A stretch of DNA of 64,000 nucleotides from the NCBI RefSeq assembly GCF_009914755.1, contig NC_060929.1. The stretch is one strand, 5' to 3'. The stretch's first letter is position 1; the number at the start of each line of letters is the position of its first letter. Under the pieces are notes generated by a model. It saw only the letters and a list, made by a program, of their open reading frames with translations, searched no databases and had not been told where the DNA came from. Position numbers and translations under genes: made by a program. This stretch comes from the human T2T-CHM13v2.0 reference genome, Homo sapiens. Shown here piece by piece: positions 28,591 to 42,767 of this stretch.

Positions 28591-29328
28591 TAAGATATTT
28601 ACAGAACTGCAAATTCCCCTGGGAAAGTCATTTGTCATTTAAAACGTTTTGAACACAGTAGTAGCTATACTTTTTTAAATTTTTCAAAATCTTTTCAGAA
28701 AAAGAAAGCATTTATAGCATTTGTCAATTCTCACCTTGCATTTATCTGTGTCCATGAATTTTAAGGAATCATTTCAACTTTATTCCCTTATCTATCAGTT
28801 TCTGCTGTGTTTCTAGAAGTTACACATGAACATTTAGAATCTCACAGAGTCTGTGTGTTTGCTTCATTGGCTTATAAAGTGCTAGTTAAATGGCCAGAAA
28901 TGTGGTTGTAAGGTCTTGGATAAAACTCATTAATTTATCCTATTAAATATGATAAATATATATTTATTATATCATAAATTAAAAATATCCATATATACAA
29001 TAAATAAATAGAACCAATATCAACAAAACATCTCTCAATTCTGGAAAAAAATTTCTCACTCCTACTGTAAGCCTCAATTAATGTTTTAGAAATAATTTAT
29101 GAAGGCATGCACCTACCTTTACAATCTGAAAACTTTGCTGGGAACAGTGTTAGCACCTGTTTGTATACAGCAAACTCAACCCATCTCATTTTCTTCCCAG
29201 AAAAATTTGATTTTAAGTGAAGCTGTTCACTGTTGATTCTTTGCCCTATTTGGTAAATCCTAAGATAAGAATAAATTTCTAAAAACAATTCTGAAGCCAA
29301 AGACATGTCCCTTATGGCTCCCCATGTT

Positions 29329-29336
29329 TGTAGTGT
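29329..29336 (-). promoter_or_regulatory. miR-142-3p 8mer seed site (ACACUACA)
   Basis: TGTAGTGT on + strand equals miR-142-3p nt 1-8. Regulation of Drd1 by this miRNA is recalled from the literature. Confidence 0.6.
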
Positions 29337-29536
29337 CCCTGTTTGATTGACTATGAACAACACAGAAAATACACTGGAATGTATTTGGAAACGGAGTTAA
29401 TTGTGTGTTGGAAAGCAGCAGAGGGCTCTCCTGACACCTCAGAGTCTCACCGTACCTTAGTTTCTTAATAGCAAACCCCAGAGCAATCTCCTCTAGCTTT
29501 TGGGATGAGCATGTGTGGCAGGATTCATCTGCGAGT

Positions 29537-31360
<1,824 letters not shown>

Positions 31361-31476
31361 CTTAAAAAGCAAAAGGAAAACACACGGTCTTTCTCCAAGA
31401 CTTAAGCAGATGGCATCATTACTCACGTCAAGCCCAACCTAATAATTCCCAGGGCGAGCCCGTCCGAGCCACCTAC
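31361..31476 (-). other. DRD1: 116-bp intron in the DRD1 5' UTR
   Basis: Minus-strand donor CAAG|GTAGGT at 31476 and acceptor TTTTCCTTTTGCTTTTTAAG|G at 31361. Positions -599..-484 from the ATG agree with the known single 5' UTR intron, which is also reported to hold a second promoter. Confidence 0.93.
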
Positions 31477-31950
31477 CTTGCCTTGGGGTCGTCTCTCTCA
31501 AAGCCCCTGGAGCTTGGAATGTGGACTTCGCTGGGGGCAGCGGCTCCGAAACGTTGAGGAAGCGCGCCTGAGCCCAGCCAGCTGCGCGCAGCAGGGGTTC
31601 GGCTCCCGGTGCGCAAAAATCGCCGGGGTGCGTTTGGGGAAAGGATCCCAGGCCAGGTCCCAAGAGAGGCGGCGGCGGCCCACTTCCTTGAAGAGCTGGA
31701 GATTGTTCAAAGGGCACTAGACCCCGGCTAAGGGCTCCTGGGCGCTCGGAGCTTCCTTGGGAGAGAGCACTCCCAGGACTGGTCACCTGGGCAGCTTCTT
31801 TTCTTGGCTTCCTTTCGAGAGCCCAGAGCCTTGGCGAACCTCGGGCGGCCTTCAGCCCTACAGAGCAGGGCCCCGCGCCTCCCCGCAGGCACTGCCCGCG
31901 ACCTCTCAGGAGCCTGTGGCAATGCGAGGCAGCGAGCCGAGCTGGCACCA
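31477..31950 (-). other. DRD1: DRD1 non-coding exon 1 (5' end approximate, multiple TSSs)
   Basis: GC-rich sequence upstream of the donor at 31476. The TSS is placed at about -1040 to -1080 from recalled mapping and cannot be fixed from sequence alone. Confidence 0.75.
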
Positions 31951-31988
31951 GCAAGCGCACAGGCCGGCGGGGTTCCCGCGGGGCACAG

Positions 31989-32071
31989 CCCACCCCGCCC
32001 GCGCGTCCCCTCCCCTGCCCTGGGGGCGGTCCTCGCTTGACAGGCAGAGTTGCGGGCGACAGCCGCACGTG
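31989..32071. promoter_or_regulatory. Proximal promoter elements: GC boxes (Sp/KLF), TGACAG (Meis/TGIF) and E-box CACGTG
   Basis: CCCCGCCC at 31993-32000, GGGGCGG at ~32023-32029, TGACAG at 32038-32043, CACGTG at 32066-32071. The position matches the recalled D1A activator region (about -1174 to -1136). Confidence 0.7.
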
Positions 32072-32959
32072 GTCCCCCTGGATGGTTCTGCGGGCGAGGT
32101 GGGCGGAGGACGCCCCGGTGAGTGCTTGCCCTCCCTGGTTACCTCGCCAGTCTCCGGATCCCCGCGCAGCACGCGCAGGGCCCGCGAGGCAAATCCAATG
32201 TCAGAACCTCAAGTAAGCTTGAGTCCCCTGAAAGCAAAGCTCAGCCCCGACATCCAGCGCCTCTTGGGGTCAACCCCTAGCCGGACCCAAAGCCCTAAGC
32301 GAGCGGGAGCACCCCCCATTCCCCGCACACCAACTCCTAGAACGGCCGGCGGACGTCCGACCTGCGTTGTCTCCAAGTGTCCCCTAACTAGGGTTGGAGA
32401 TGCCCGTGGGCGCCTGTACTCACCGCTCGCAGGGAGGGCGCGGCGCAGCTGGGATCCGGGCCAGCGCGCGCCGCTGCGCCCCGAGGGGACTCACTCCTTC
32501 CCCGCCCAGGTGGCGGGCGCGTCCCGGCTGCGGTCAACGCCGGACTCCAGCCGGTGCCCCGCACCTCCCGAGCGCCCCAACCCCAGCGCCGCGCGCTCCG
32601 TGTGCCCGGGGCGCCCTCTGCCGGCGGCTGCGACTTCCCGAGCGCCCGCTGTGCCCTCGCGGGCACCAACCTCACTCACAAGGGTTCCAGCGACCGCCAG
32701 GGACCCGCGCCCCGACTCGCTCTTCCCGGTCCATGACTGCCAGAACCTGAAAACAGGGAAGCGGAATCTTCTCCACTCAGGACTCCTCCGCTTGAAACAC
32801 CCTGAAAAACGGACAAGGGTGAAAAATTTTACTTTGCTGGCATTGCATTCGTGAATCTATGTTTCCTCCTGCGCGCCCACTGCGTTCAAACCTGGGGCGC
32901 TAGAGCAGGCGAGACGCAAGCCTTACTCTCAAAGAGAACGGCAGAGCGGGCATTGACTC

Positions 32960-33150
32960 AGCAGCATCCGTGTTCCCCGGTGCACGCCTTACGTTGTTCC
33001 CCCGTTAAAAGAATCTTTCCCCGCCAGGCCGGCTCAACCCGCTTCGCCCAGGTGGAAATGCGGCTCGGAAAGGTAGTGGGGCCTGCTCAAAGTCACACAG
33101 CTCACGCGGGAGCCGCGCCGCTGCCCACCTGTTCTTTTAACTCACCGCAT
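32960..33150 (-). mobile_element. GC/CpG-enriched MIR at the edge of the CpG island
   Basis: CAGGTGGAAATGCGGCTCGGAAAGGT...GCTCAAAGTCACACAGCT resembles the MIR core. Confidence 0.55.
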
Positions 33151-33601
33151 GTGGTACAGGAGCCCACAAACTGGAAAATTACCTACAGGGCTAAAATACA
33201 GGGAAGAGTCATATGGAGGCAGCGGGGCCTGGTGGAGAAGGAGCCCCCAGCCTCCCCTGGTTGCCCCAGGCAAGCTCACAGGTGAGACTTTGCACTAATT
33301 GTGCATAAATTGCGACACTGTGGTGCCTTCCTGTGCCTTCCGAAAGGTGGGAGGAGAATAAGCATGGATCCCCCAAGTCACACTGCCTGACTTCCTGGTC
33401 CTGCCCTGCCACTGTCGGCTGCATGTGCACTCTCTCCTCTCTGAGCTCGGGTTCTTCCTCTGTGAAACGGTGAGGACATAACAGGATTGTCATAACTATT
33501 AACTGAGACGGTGTTTCCAGAGGGCTTGGCACCAAACCTAGGACCCCGTCAGCCCTCCATAGGCAGGAACCCCTGGGACCCATTAACAAACCAACAGTCC
33601 A

Positions 33602-33990
<389 letters not shown>

Positions 33991-34014
33991 TTAGTTCGCC
34001 AGCACAAACTGTAC

Positions 34015-34510
<496 letters not shown>

Positions 34511-35430
34511 TAACGTAACACTTTCAGATCACTTTCCCCAAGGCCGTCATTCTCCAAACTTCTTGACTTTGTTTCATTTTCTTTCTTTCCCTTTTACTAA
34601 TAAACACAAATTAAAGATATGTTTCTGGTTCGAGACTTGTCATGTAAGCCTGAGCATTTAACTCCTGACATTCTACCCTGGCATCTGCAATTTTCCACTG
34701 AAACTACCCAGAAATAAAATAGGTAGGAGAAATTCAGCATTAACCTTGGAAAGCAGGAACGGGTAGGATCCTGATCTGTGGGATAATGAGCCAGTGGAAT
34801 TGGACTGGGCAAAGCAGGACTCCATAGGAATATTCCATATGGCAAGAAAATGTACTTCAGGAAGTAACCTCAAAAGAACACACTACCTGCCCTGCCACCC
34901 CAAAATCGAGATAGCAGACTCTGGAGGTAAGGATAAGGCCAATTTGAGGGATAAAATTTCTGTCTAATGACTGCCTTTCAGAAGTGCCCCCAATTCCCAA
35001 GTCTTCTCAGAGCCAACAACAATGCCACTGCTCTTGTAATTAAAAAACAAGGATGACAAACACAGCACAACACCTGGGCTTCAGGTGGTATCATGCTCAA
35101 GAAAACAGCAGTTTAACAGTGGGAAAATATTTGACACAACATTTAAATATTAATCAAAATTTTGTTCAAAGGAACATTCATAACATACTTCATATTCTCA
35201 TTTCTCTCAAGCCCACCAGCTGCTCAAAAAACCTTTTTGTTTTGCTTGAAAAATCACCTAAATTATTTCAAACTAGCCCATACTGACCTTTATCTTTTTC
35301 TCTCAACCCATTTATCTGACAAGTCCAGGTGATCAAATCAACACATACCATTTTGGTAGTGATTGAGAGCTATTTCTTGACCACAAGTAAATTTCTGTCA
35401 TTTCAATATTAAATCTCCTCCCTACCCATA

Positions 35431-35800
35431 TGCTATGGTTTGAATGTCTCTGCCAAAACTCATGTTGAAATTTAATTGCCATTGTGACAGGATTAAGAGT
35501 TGGGACCTTTAAGAGGTGATTAGGCCAAAGGGTTCTGCCCTCCTGGGTGGACTAATGCCATTATCTCGTTATCTCTGGAGTGGGTTAGTTACTGCTGGAG
35601 AGAGCTCCTGATAAAAGGATAAGTTCAGCCTCCATTCCCTCCCTGCCTCTTGTGTAGTCTCTTCTTCTGCCAAGTTATGATGCCACCCCACGATCTGAGA
35701 CTTCCCAGCCTCCAGGAACTATGAGCCAAATAAACTTACATTGTTTATAATTTACCCAGTTGGTGGTATTCTGTTACAGTAGCAGAAAACAGACTAGACA
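35431..35800 (+). mobile_element. MST solo LTR
   Basis: TGCTATGGTTTGAATG ... GAAAACAGACTAGACA. Confidence 0.85.
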
Positions 35801-37625
35801 TCATAACATACAAAAAAGGCTCAGAAACCCAGCCAGCAAAGCAAAAACGACTAACAGGTAGAGAAGGAGAGAACCTGAGAATAACCAAGGAGGTGATTTT
35901 GTTTAAGATCACCAGGAAAACCAGAGGGTTGGACCAGTTTGTCTATCATTCTATAACTCACTGCCTGAGATTCCTTCCTAACAGACATAGGTCACTGGCT
36001 TTTGAACGTCATTGCTGAGAGAACAGGAAAGAGTAAAATGGAGCTGAAATCTCAGTGTTTCACTTTGCACAGAGTGTGAATTTCAGAGGAACTTACAGTT
36101 TTGCTAGAGGTTTGGAGTTTTTCCTATTTTCTTATTTGAAGCTACGGTGAAACAAAGCCTTCTATTTTGTTCTATAAAAATCTCCCCCACAAACCTCAAG
36201 AACACAAATGTAAATGCAATCAGGTATTAGATCATGCTGAGAATGTAAGCCCAACACAAAAGCACCTTTGTTTCCCAATTTAGTGTGTCTTTTAAGCTCT
36301 ACTGTGGGTGATTTATGCACTGCGAAGAGGAGGATGTCAAAATGATGCTTTTCAACAAATCTTTATTTGGAGTATATAAAAGTCTGTGAATACAGAAGGC
36401 ACACTATCAAAGGGAAGCTTAATCTCATAAAAGACTAAATAAAGCAACAGAACGGTCAAGTATATCAAATGATGTATTTAAGACTCTTTGGGATTATTAA
36501 AGCGGACTTTATACACAAAATGATTAGCTTACGATGTTAGTGAAAAGAAGATAAAGTTTGGCCGACCTGACTAAGTAACTAGAATGCATGTTTCAGACAA
36601 TAAATGTAACTTTTCTGAAATTCCTAATCCCATGTCATATTTTCCCCTCCTATAGTTATACAATTCAAAAATCAACACTTTAAAATTTCAAAATCAATAT
36701 ATATCAGTTTCTGCAGTGGTTGGTGGGTAGTGTAACATGCATAATGTGTTTTCTATTGTTGCACCTGCTCTTCGTTCCGTTTTTCCCCTCTTTTCTGCCT
36801 TTTATAGGCTTAACTGAGTAGTTTTTATAATTCCGTTTCATCTTTTTTATTGGCTAATTTTCTATATTTTTTGTTATTTTCATGGTTGCTTTAGAGTTTA
36901 TATCATTTCTCTGTCTATATATATATATATACACACACATACACATATATATATTTTACAATATACATATGTAATATTTTTCAAAGCCTGCATTCAAGTG
37001 ATATTATATCATTCCATATATCATTAAGAACACTACAATAGTATTCTTCCAAGTCTTCTTAAATGGTCAATTTTCTTTTAAAGAACTCTAAGTAATAAGA
37101 AATAAATACTATATGTTTCCCATGTGCCATTTCTGATGTTCTTCCTTTTTATATAGATCCCTATCGCCATCTGGGATCAACTTTCTGCTAGAAGGACTAC
37201 CTTTAACATTTCCTGAAGTGCAGGGCTGCTGGTGGTTGATTTTCTTCAGCTTTTATATCTCTAAAAAGTATCCATTTTGCTTTCATTCTTGAAAGATATT
37301 TTTGCTAGATATAGAATTCTAGATGGACAGATTTTTCATTTTAATGGTTTCAGATGTTGATCTGCTATCTTCTTATTTATATTGTTTCCAACAAAATATC
37401 TGCCATCACCCTTATCTTTGTCCTTCTCTACATAGCATGTCTTTCTTTCCTCTGGCTATTAAGATTTTTCTTTTCTTTATCACTGGTTTTGGGCAATTTG
37501 ATCAAGATCTACCTCAGAGTAGTTTTCTTCAAATCTTTAGCACGTTTGGGATTTGTTGAGTTTTTCTAATCTGTAGGCTTACAGTTTTTGTCAAATTTCG
37601 AAAACTTTGGTCATTATTCCTTAAT

Positions 37626-37644
37626 TTTGTTTTGTTTTGTTTTG

Positions 37645-37675
<31 letters not shown>

Positions 37676-37958
37676 TGAGACAGAGTCTCACTCTGTCATT
37701 CAGGCTAGAGTGCAGTGGCACAATCTCTGCTCACTGCAATGTTGGCCTCCTGGGCTCAAGTGATTCTTCTGCCCCAGCCTCCTGAGTAGCTGGGATTACA
37801 GGTGCACACCACCATGCCCAGCTAATTTTTGTATTTTTAGTAAAGATGGGGTTTCAGCAGGTTGGCCAGGCTGGTCTCGAATTCCTAACCTCAAGTGATC
37901 TGCCCACTTTGGCCTACCAAACTGTTGGGATTACCGGCGTGAGCCACTGCACCTGGTC
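37626..37958 (-). mobile_element. Alu with (GTTTT)n tail
   Basis: Alu dimer with pentanucleotide microsatellite tail. Confidence 0.93.
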
Positions 37959-38597
37959 TAAATATTTTTTTTGAATTTTTCCCCTTTTATTCTCTTCTTT
38001 GGGTTCTTCAAATGCATGGACTGCTTGCAGTTGGCCTCCAACTCACTGACGCAAGTTCTCTCCTCCTTACTCTCTTTTCCCTCGGTATTACATTTTGGAT
38101 AGTTTCTATTGTTATATTTTTGAGTCAACTAACATTTTTCTTCTGCAAGGTCTAATGTGTTGTCAGATCTCATTCTGTGTATTTTTCATTTCACATTTTG
38201 TAGTTTTCTTCTCTGAAAGTTCATTTTATGTCTTTTTTAAATTTCCTGTGTATCTACTTAAGTTTCTGAATATATGAAATATGGTTATAATAACTATTTT
38301 AATGTCCTTCTTTGCTAAGTCTAACCTCTGTGTCCATTCAATTGATTTTTCTCTTCATTATGGGTCATATTTGTCTAATTCTTTTCATGCCTGCTAATTT
38401 TTTTGGATGCCCTACATTGCAAATTTTATCTAGTTGGTGCTAGCCTTTTTTATTCTTAAAAATATTCTTGCGCTTTGCTCTAGAACGTAATTAAGTTATT
38501 TGGAAATAATGTGATCCTTCAGTTCTTGCTTTTTTTCTTTTTCTTTCTTTTTTCCCCTCTTTTTTCTTTTGTTCTTTTTTTCCCCTTTTTTTCCTCA

Positions 38598-38700
38598 CAT
38601 CAGATGAGTGACGTGCTGACACTGTAACAAGGTTTAAGGCAGCACATCACACACATAAGCATGAAAACCCAATCATCATGCTTATGAACCACAAAAGGAT
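38598..38700 (-). pseudogene. U13 snoRNA (SNORD13) retropseudogene
   Basis: Minus strand reads ATCCTTTTGTGGTTCATAAGCATGATGATTGGGTTTTC...CCTTGTTAC...CATCTGATG, similar to U13 with box C (ATGATGA) and box D (CTGA). A-rich tail at ~38530-38595 and degenerate TSD TCAGnTnTTGCTTTT. Confidence 0.88.
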
Positions 38701-38965
38701 TCAGGTATTGCTTTTAAGAGGTGCTAGGTAGAACCAGAGCAGAGTTTAATCTGGGGTTATTTATTTTGTGTTACGGAAGCAAGATTCTTTTTCAGTGTAT
38801 CTGGCTGGTGGTGGCAAACCCTGTTCATGGCCCTGTGTCAGTGCCAGACACTGAGATACTGTTCCTTATAATTTCCACACTTATATTTCTGCACACTCAT
38901 GTACTGGTTAGTCCTCTGCTGAACGCTCAAAGGGGACTCTCTGAAGATCTCTGGAGTCCTTTCTG

Positions 38966-38974
<9 letters not shown>

Positions 38975-39015
<41 letters not shown>

Positions 39016-39020
39016 TTCTC
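38975..39020 (+). repeat. (CT)n microsatellite
   Basis: Run of TC units. Confidence 0.9.
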
Positions 39021-40299
39021 TGCAGGTCTCTCCTTTGCAGTACTCTGTTCTGTGACCTCTGGTTGTCTTGATCTCCCTGGACCCTTAGTTCTGTTCACCC
39101 AACTCAGGGAGTCTCCCGGACTCCACCTGTATTCCCCCTCCCTGCGCCATGGCTTGGACCATCTTTTGAGGCAGTAAGCTGGGTGACAGTAAGTCTTACC
39201 TCATTTTTCCCCATCTTTCGGGGATCGCTGTCCTTTGTTTCCTGACATCCAATATCTGGAGAAACATGTATTTTGTTCATATTATTGGTTGTATCTGGTG
39301 GGAGGGCAAATCTAATCCCTGTTATTCCATATTGTCTGGAAGCAGAGATCAAGAAAAGTCACAACTTTTAGATTTAAGTCTCAACTTTTTAGGTTTTAAA
39401 TCTAAAAAGGCAAAGGAATCTAATCAGGCAAGAAGAACTGAGGTTAGAAATGGAGACTAGTCCAGTAATACTTTAATACCCCAAAACTGCTCTTGGTTCA
39501 TGGCTCTGGCCCTCCATAGCATCAAATCTAGCCCTGGCCACACCTGTCATTACGGTTCCAGCATTCTCATCTTCCCCCATCTAAATCCTTCACTTTTAGG
39601 AGACATAGAGGGTCCATTTGGCTCAGCCTGGTCTTTAGGGGCTTTGGGGAGTGCCAATGCTTTGAGAAGGGATGGAACGGTTACGAACACCACCATGCCT
39701 TCCCTAAGTATTTTTTGAGTGCCTATTATTGGCCAGGTACTGTTCTAGGTGTTGGGATCATAGCAGTGAACAAAACAAACCTCCCTGTCCTCATAGAATT
39801 TATATCCCAGTGATAAATGATAAATACCTTTAGCACAACACAATGTAGAACTGCTATAAGCTTTGATTTCGTTGAAAAAGAAAAATGCACTTGCTAGCAA
39901 AGTCATAACCTAAGCTGAGATGAAAGACAGGCTAATCCACAAAAATTGTTTATCCTGTGTAAACATAGAATCTATTTAAGTCACCTTAGAGAGTCTTCTT
40001 TAGGCCATTTATAGAAAACATGAATGAAGCCCAGGGGAGAGTCTCTGCAGTGAAAAATGCTGAAGTGGGCTCTTGAGGCTGGAAATCAATGCTTTGCGAA
40101 GAAATGAAAGCTGCTAATTTGTCTGCTCGGCCCATGAGATTATATATCACTGGAGGAGCCCAGAGAGTATCCTTCAATTCACAAAGGGCTTTCCTCTCAG
40201 CCTGCCTCTGCAATGATTTAATTACTTCCCCTCCCTAGAACACAAGCACTGGTCACTCTCACCCCCAGCTTCAGGTATCCCAATTCAGGAGATGAGCCT

Positions 40300-40500
40300 G
40301 GGGCTGCAGTGGTAGGAACAGTGGGTCAGACAGACCTGGGTTTGAATCTTGGCTCCATTACTATCAAGCTGTGGGGCCTTGGTCAAGTTTCTTCACCTAC
40401 ATGCCCTCCTTATTTCCCACCCCTGAAAATGCAAATACAGCTGCCAAGAAGCTTACATGAAATCCCGACCAAAGTATCAAGTATATAAGCACAGATCAGG
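40300..40500 (+). mobile_element. MIR
   Basis: CAGACAGACCTGGGTTTGAATCTTGGCTCC. Confidence 0.7.
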
Positions 40501-40559
40501 AAACCTTCCCTTGCATTGCATTTTGTCTTGGCAAAGGCTGTATGTAAAGTGTACATTCA

Positions 40560-41015
40560 CTGGTCTTTTCCAGCCCAGCATCCATTTCACCTTCTCTGAA
40601 GAAAACATCCCAGATTATTTTGGGGGAATGGCGTGTTCTTTATTGAATACATTCTGTTGGTCTGATAGGGCCTGCCCCTCCCTAGCTAAGGGAGTAGACA
40701 CATAACCTGAGACAGGTTGACCAGATGCTTCCTCCCTGAGATTTGTATCTTCAGCAGAAGGACAGAGAAATTGAACACATATGAATGAAACAGCATCAGC
40801 CTCATCAGCATCCCTCTGACCAGACTGATTCTGCTGTGAGACTATTCATGGAACTCTTGCTTCCAGAAGCCCTGGGTGCTTTGTTCCTTGTCCTTTCCCA
40901 AGCCTGGCTCTACAGCCTCCCCTCCACTCAGTGTTACCTTTCCAGTGAATTTCCATTTGATTAGGTTAGCCATGGTACATTTCTGTGACTTACAATCAGA
41001 GAGCTCTATCTGATC
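40560..41015 (+). mobile_element. Old MLT1-like LTR
   Basis: 3' end AGCCATGGTACATTTCTGTGACTTACAATCAGAGAGCTC. Confidence 0.45.
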
Positions 41016-41018
41016 AGC

Positions 41019-41148
41019 TGAAGAAGAAGAGGAAGAGAAGAAGGAAGAGGAGGAGGAGGGAGAGGAGAAAGAGAGAGAGGGGAAGAGGGAAAGAGGAGGA
41101 GGGAAAAGGGCAGAAGGAGAAAGGAGAGGAGAAGGAATAGGGAGGGAA
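41019..41148 (+). repeat. GA-rich polypurine tract
   Basis: About 130 bp of almost pure A/G. Confidence 0.9.
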
Positions 41149-41841
41149 ACACGTTTTATGTCTTATTTGGATTTAACACAGCTGGAGCCACAGTTTTGGC
41201 TTGCCTGGCCAGCGAAGAGAAGAATTAAACACAAGGAACCTCAGGTTTTTTCCCAATTAGCAGATGACTGATGACCCTACATCATCTATATAATGATGGA
41301 TCTTCCCCCATAATTTACTTCATTTACAAACTTCATTCCCTATAATAAACATATTTAATAGATTAAATAAATGAAGTGTATTACCTGCTTCTAGTGGGCA
41401 ATCCCCTGCTATCTTACCTGGAATCATCACAGCTAGCAGACACCAAATCGCCCAATTTTGGACACTGAGATTGGCCTGATTAGCTGTACCTCCAGAAATA
41501 CAGCTAATGGAGGTGCCCATCCCAGCTTTGGGAGGGTGGATAGAGCACCAAAAGAGACTTTACGGAGGATGCAACACTGAATCTGATCTTAAAGAAAGAT
41601 CTCATAGGACATGCTTAGACGAAGAAGGAGGGAAAAGCATGTTCGCAGAAGGAACAATGTATGCAAAGACTCAGGTGGGAGTGTGTGGGGAGGGGAGAAA
41701 GAGGGTCCTTTTAAAATCAGAGCACTTTTGAGGTCAATGTACTTTTATCCAGAGATTTATAGAGTCTCAAGGATACCCGAGAGACCTTGTTATGCTCATG
41801 AAGTAGAGAAACTGGAAGAAGTCCACATATTTTAGTAGTTT

Positions 41842-42393
41842 TGTTACTGGAAAGGAGACTCAATCTAGACACCAAGAGAGGGTTCTTGGATCTTGTGCAA
41901 GAAAGAATTCAGGGTGAGTCCATAGAGTAAAGCGAAAGCAAATTTATTAGGAAAGTAAAGGAATAAATAATGGCTACTCCGTAGACAGAGCAGCCCCGAG
42001 GGCTGCTGGTTGCCCATTTTTATGACTATTTATTGATTATATGCTAAACAAGGGGTGGATTATTCAGGCCTCTCCTCTTTAGACCATATAGGGCAACTTC
42101 CTGACATTGTCATGGCATTTGTAAACTGTCATGAGGCTGGTGGGAGTGTAGTAGTGAGGACGACCAGAGGTCACTCTCGTCGCCATCTTGGTTTTGGTGG
42201 GTTTTGGCTGGCTTTTTTACTGCAGCCTGTTTTATCAGCAAGGTCTTTATGACCTGTATCTTGTGCTAACCTCCTGTCTCATCCTGTGACTTAGAATGCC
42301 CTAACCATCTTGGAATGCAGCCCAACAGGTCTCAGCCTCATTTTACGCAGCTCCTATTCAAGATGGAGTTGCTCTGGTTCAACACCTCTGACA
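41842..42393 (-). mobile_element. MER41 (MER41A-like) ERV1 solo LTR
   Basis: Minus strand begins TGTCAGAGGTGTTGAACCAGAGCAACTCCATCTTGAATAGG; TG..CA termini; GTTT/GCTT flanks. Confidence 0.88.
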
Positions 42394-42767
42394 GCTTTAA
42401 TTTGGAAGAGATGGAAAACTTTGAGGAGGTCCCGGAGAATGACCAGCAACCTCACAGACAGAATCCTGGGTACCTTGGGTAAAGGCTTCCTCTCCATGCC
42501 ACCCACAAGACACTGTGACCCCAATCTCCAGCCCTCCACCTCTCTGGAATTTTTCTATTATATCATCTGTCCACTCAACAGCTCCCCCAGATTTTACTTG
42601 TGTTTTTTATCAAACTTATCATCTTCCTCCAAAACTCGCTGCTCCTCTTGTAATTCCTCCGTTGGTGAAAAACACTCCATCTTCTCCATACACGACAACA
42701 ATTGGACTTCAAAATGAACTTTTGCACATCAAATGGCACTGTAAACAGAGTAAAAAGACAACCTATA

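Larger units (their letters stand above)
27815..29536 (-). other. DRD1: DRD1 3' UTR (~1.7 kb, AU-rich; end approximate)
   Basis: Repeat-free AT-rich sequence after the TGA, ending near AATAAA at 27838-27833. Confidence 0.75.
31430..33130. promoter_or_regulatory. DRD1: CpG island / TATA-less DRD1 promoter
   Basis: Sharp rise in GC and CpG density, several GC boxes, no TATA box near the TSS. Confidence 0.92.
36740..39350 (-). mobile_element. Old L1M fragment(s) with nested Alu and U13 copy
   Basis: TTGAAAGATATTTTTGCTAGATATAGAATTCTAG and similar antisense L1 motifs. Confidence 0.65.

Noticed and set aside
31439-32854. 365-aa and 209-aa ORFs in the promoter
   Set aside because: Pro/Arg/Gly/Ala-rich, non-ATG starts, explained by stop-codon scarcity in the CpG island.
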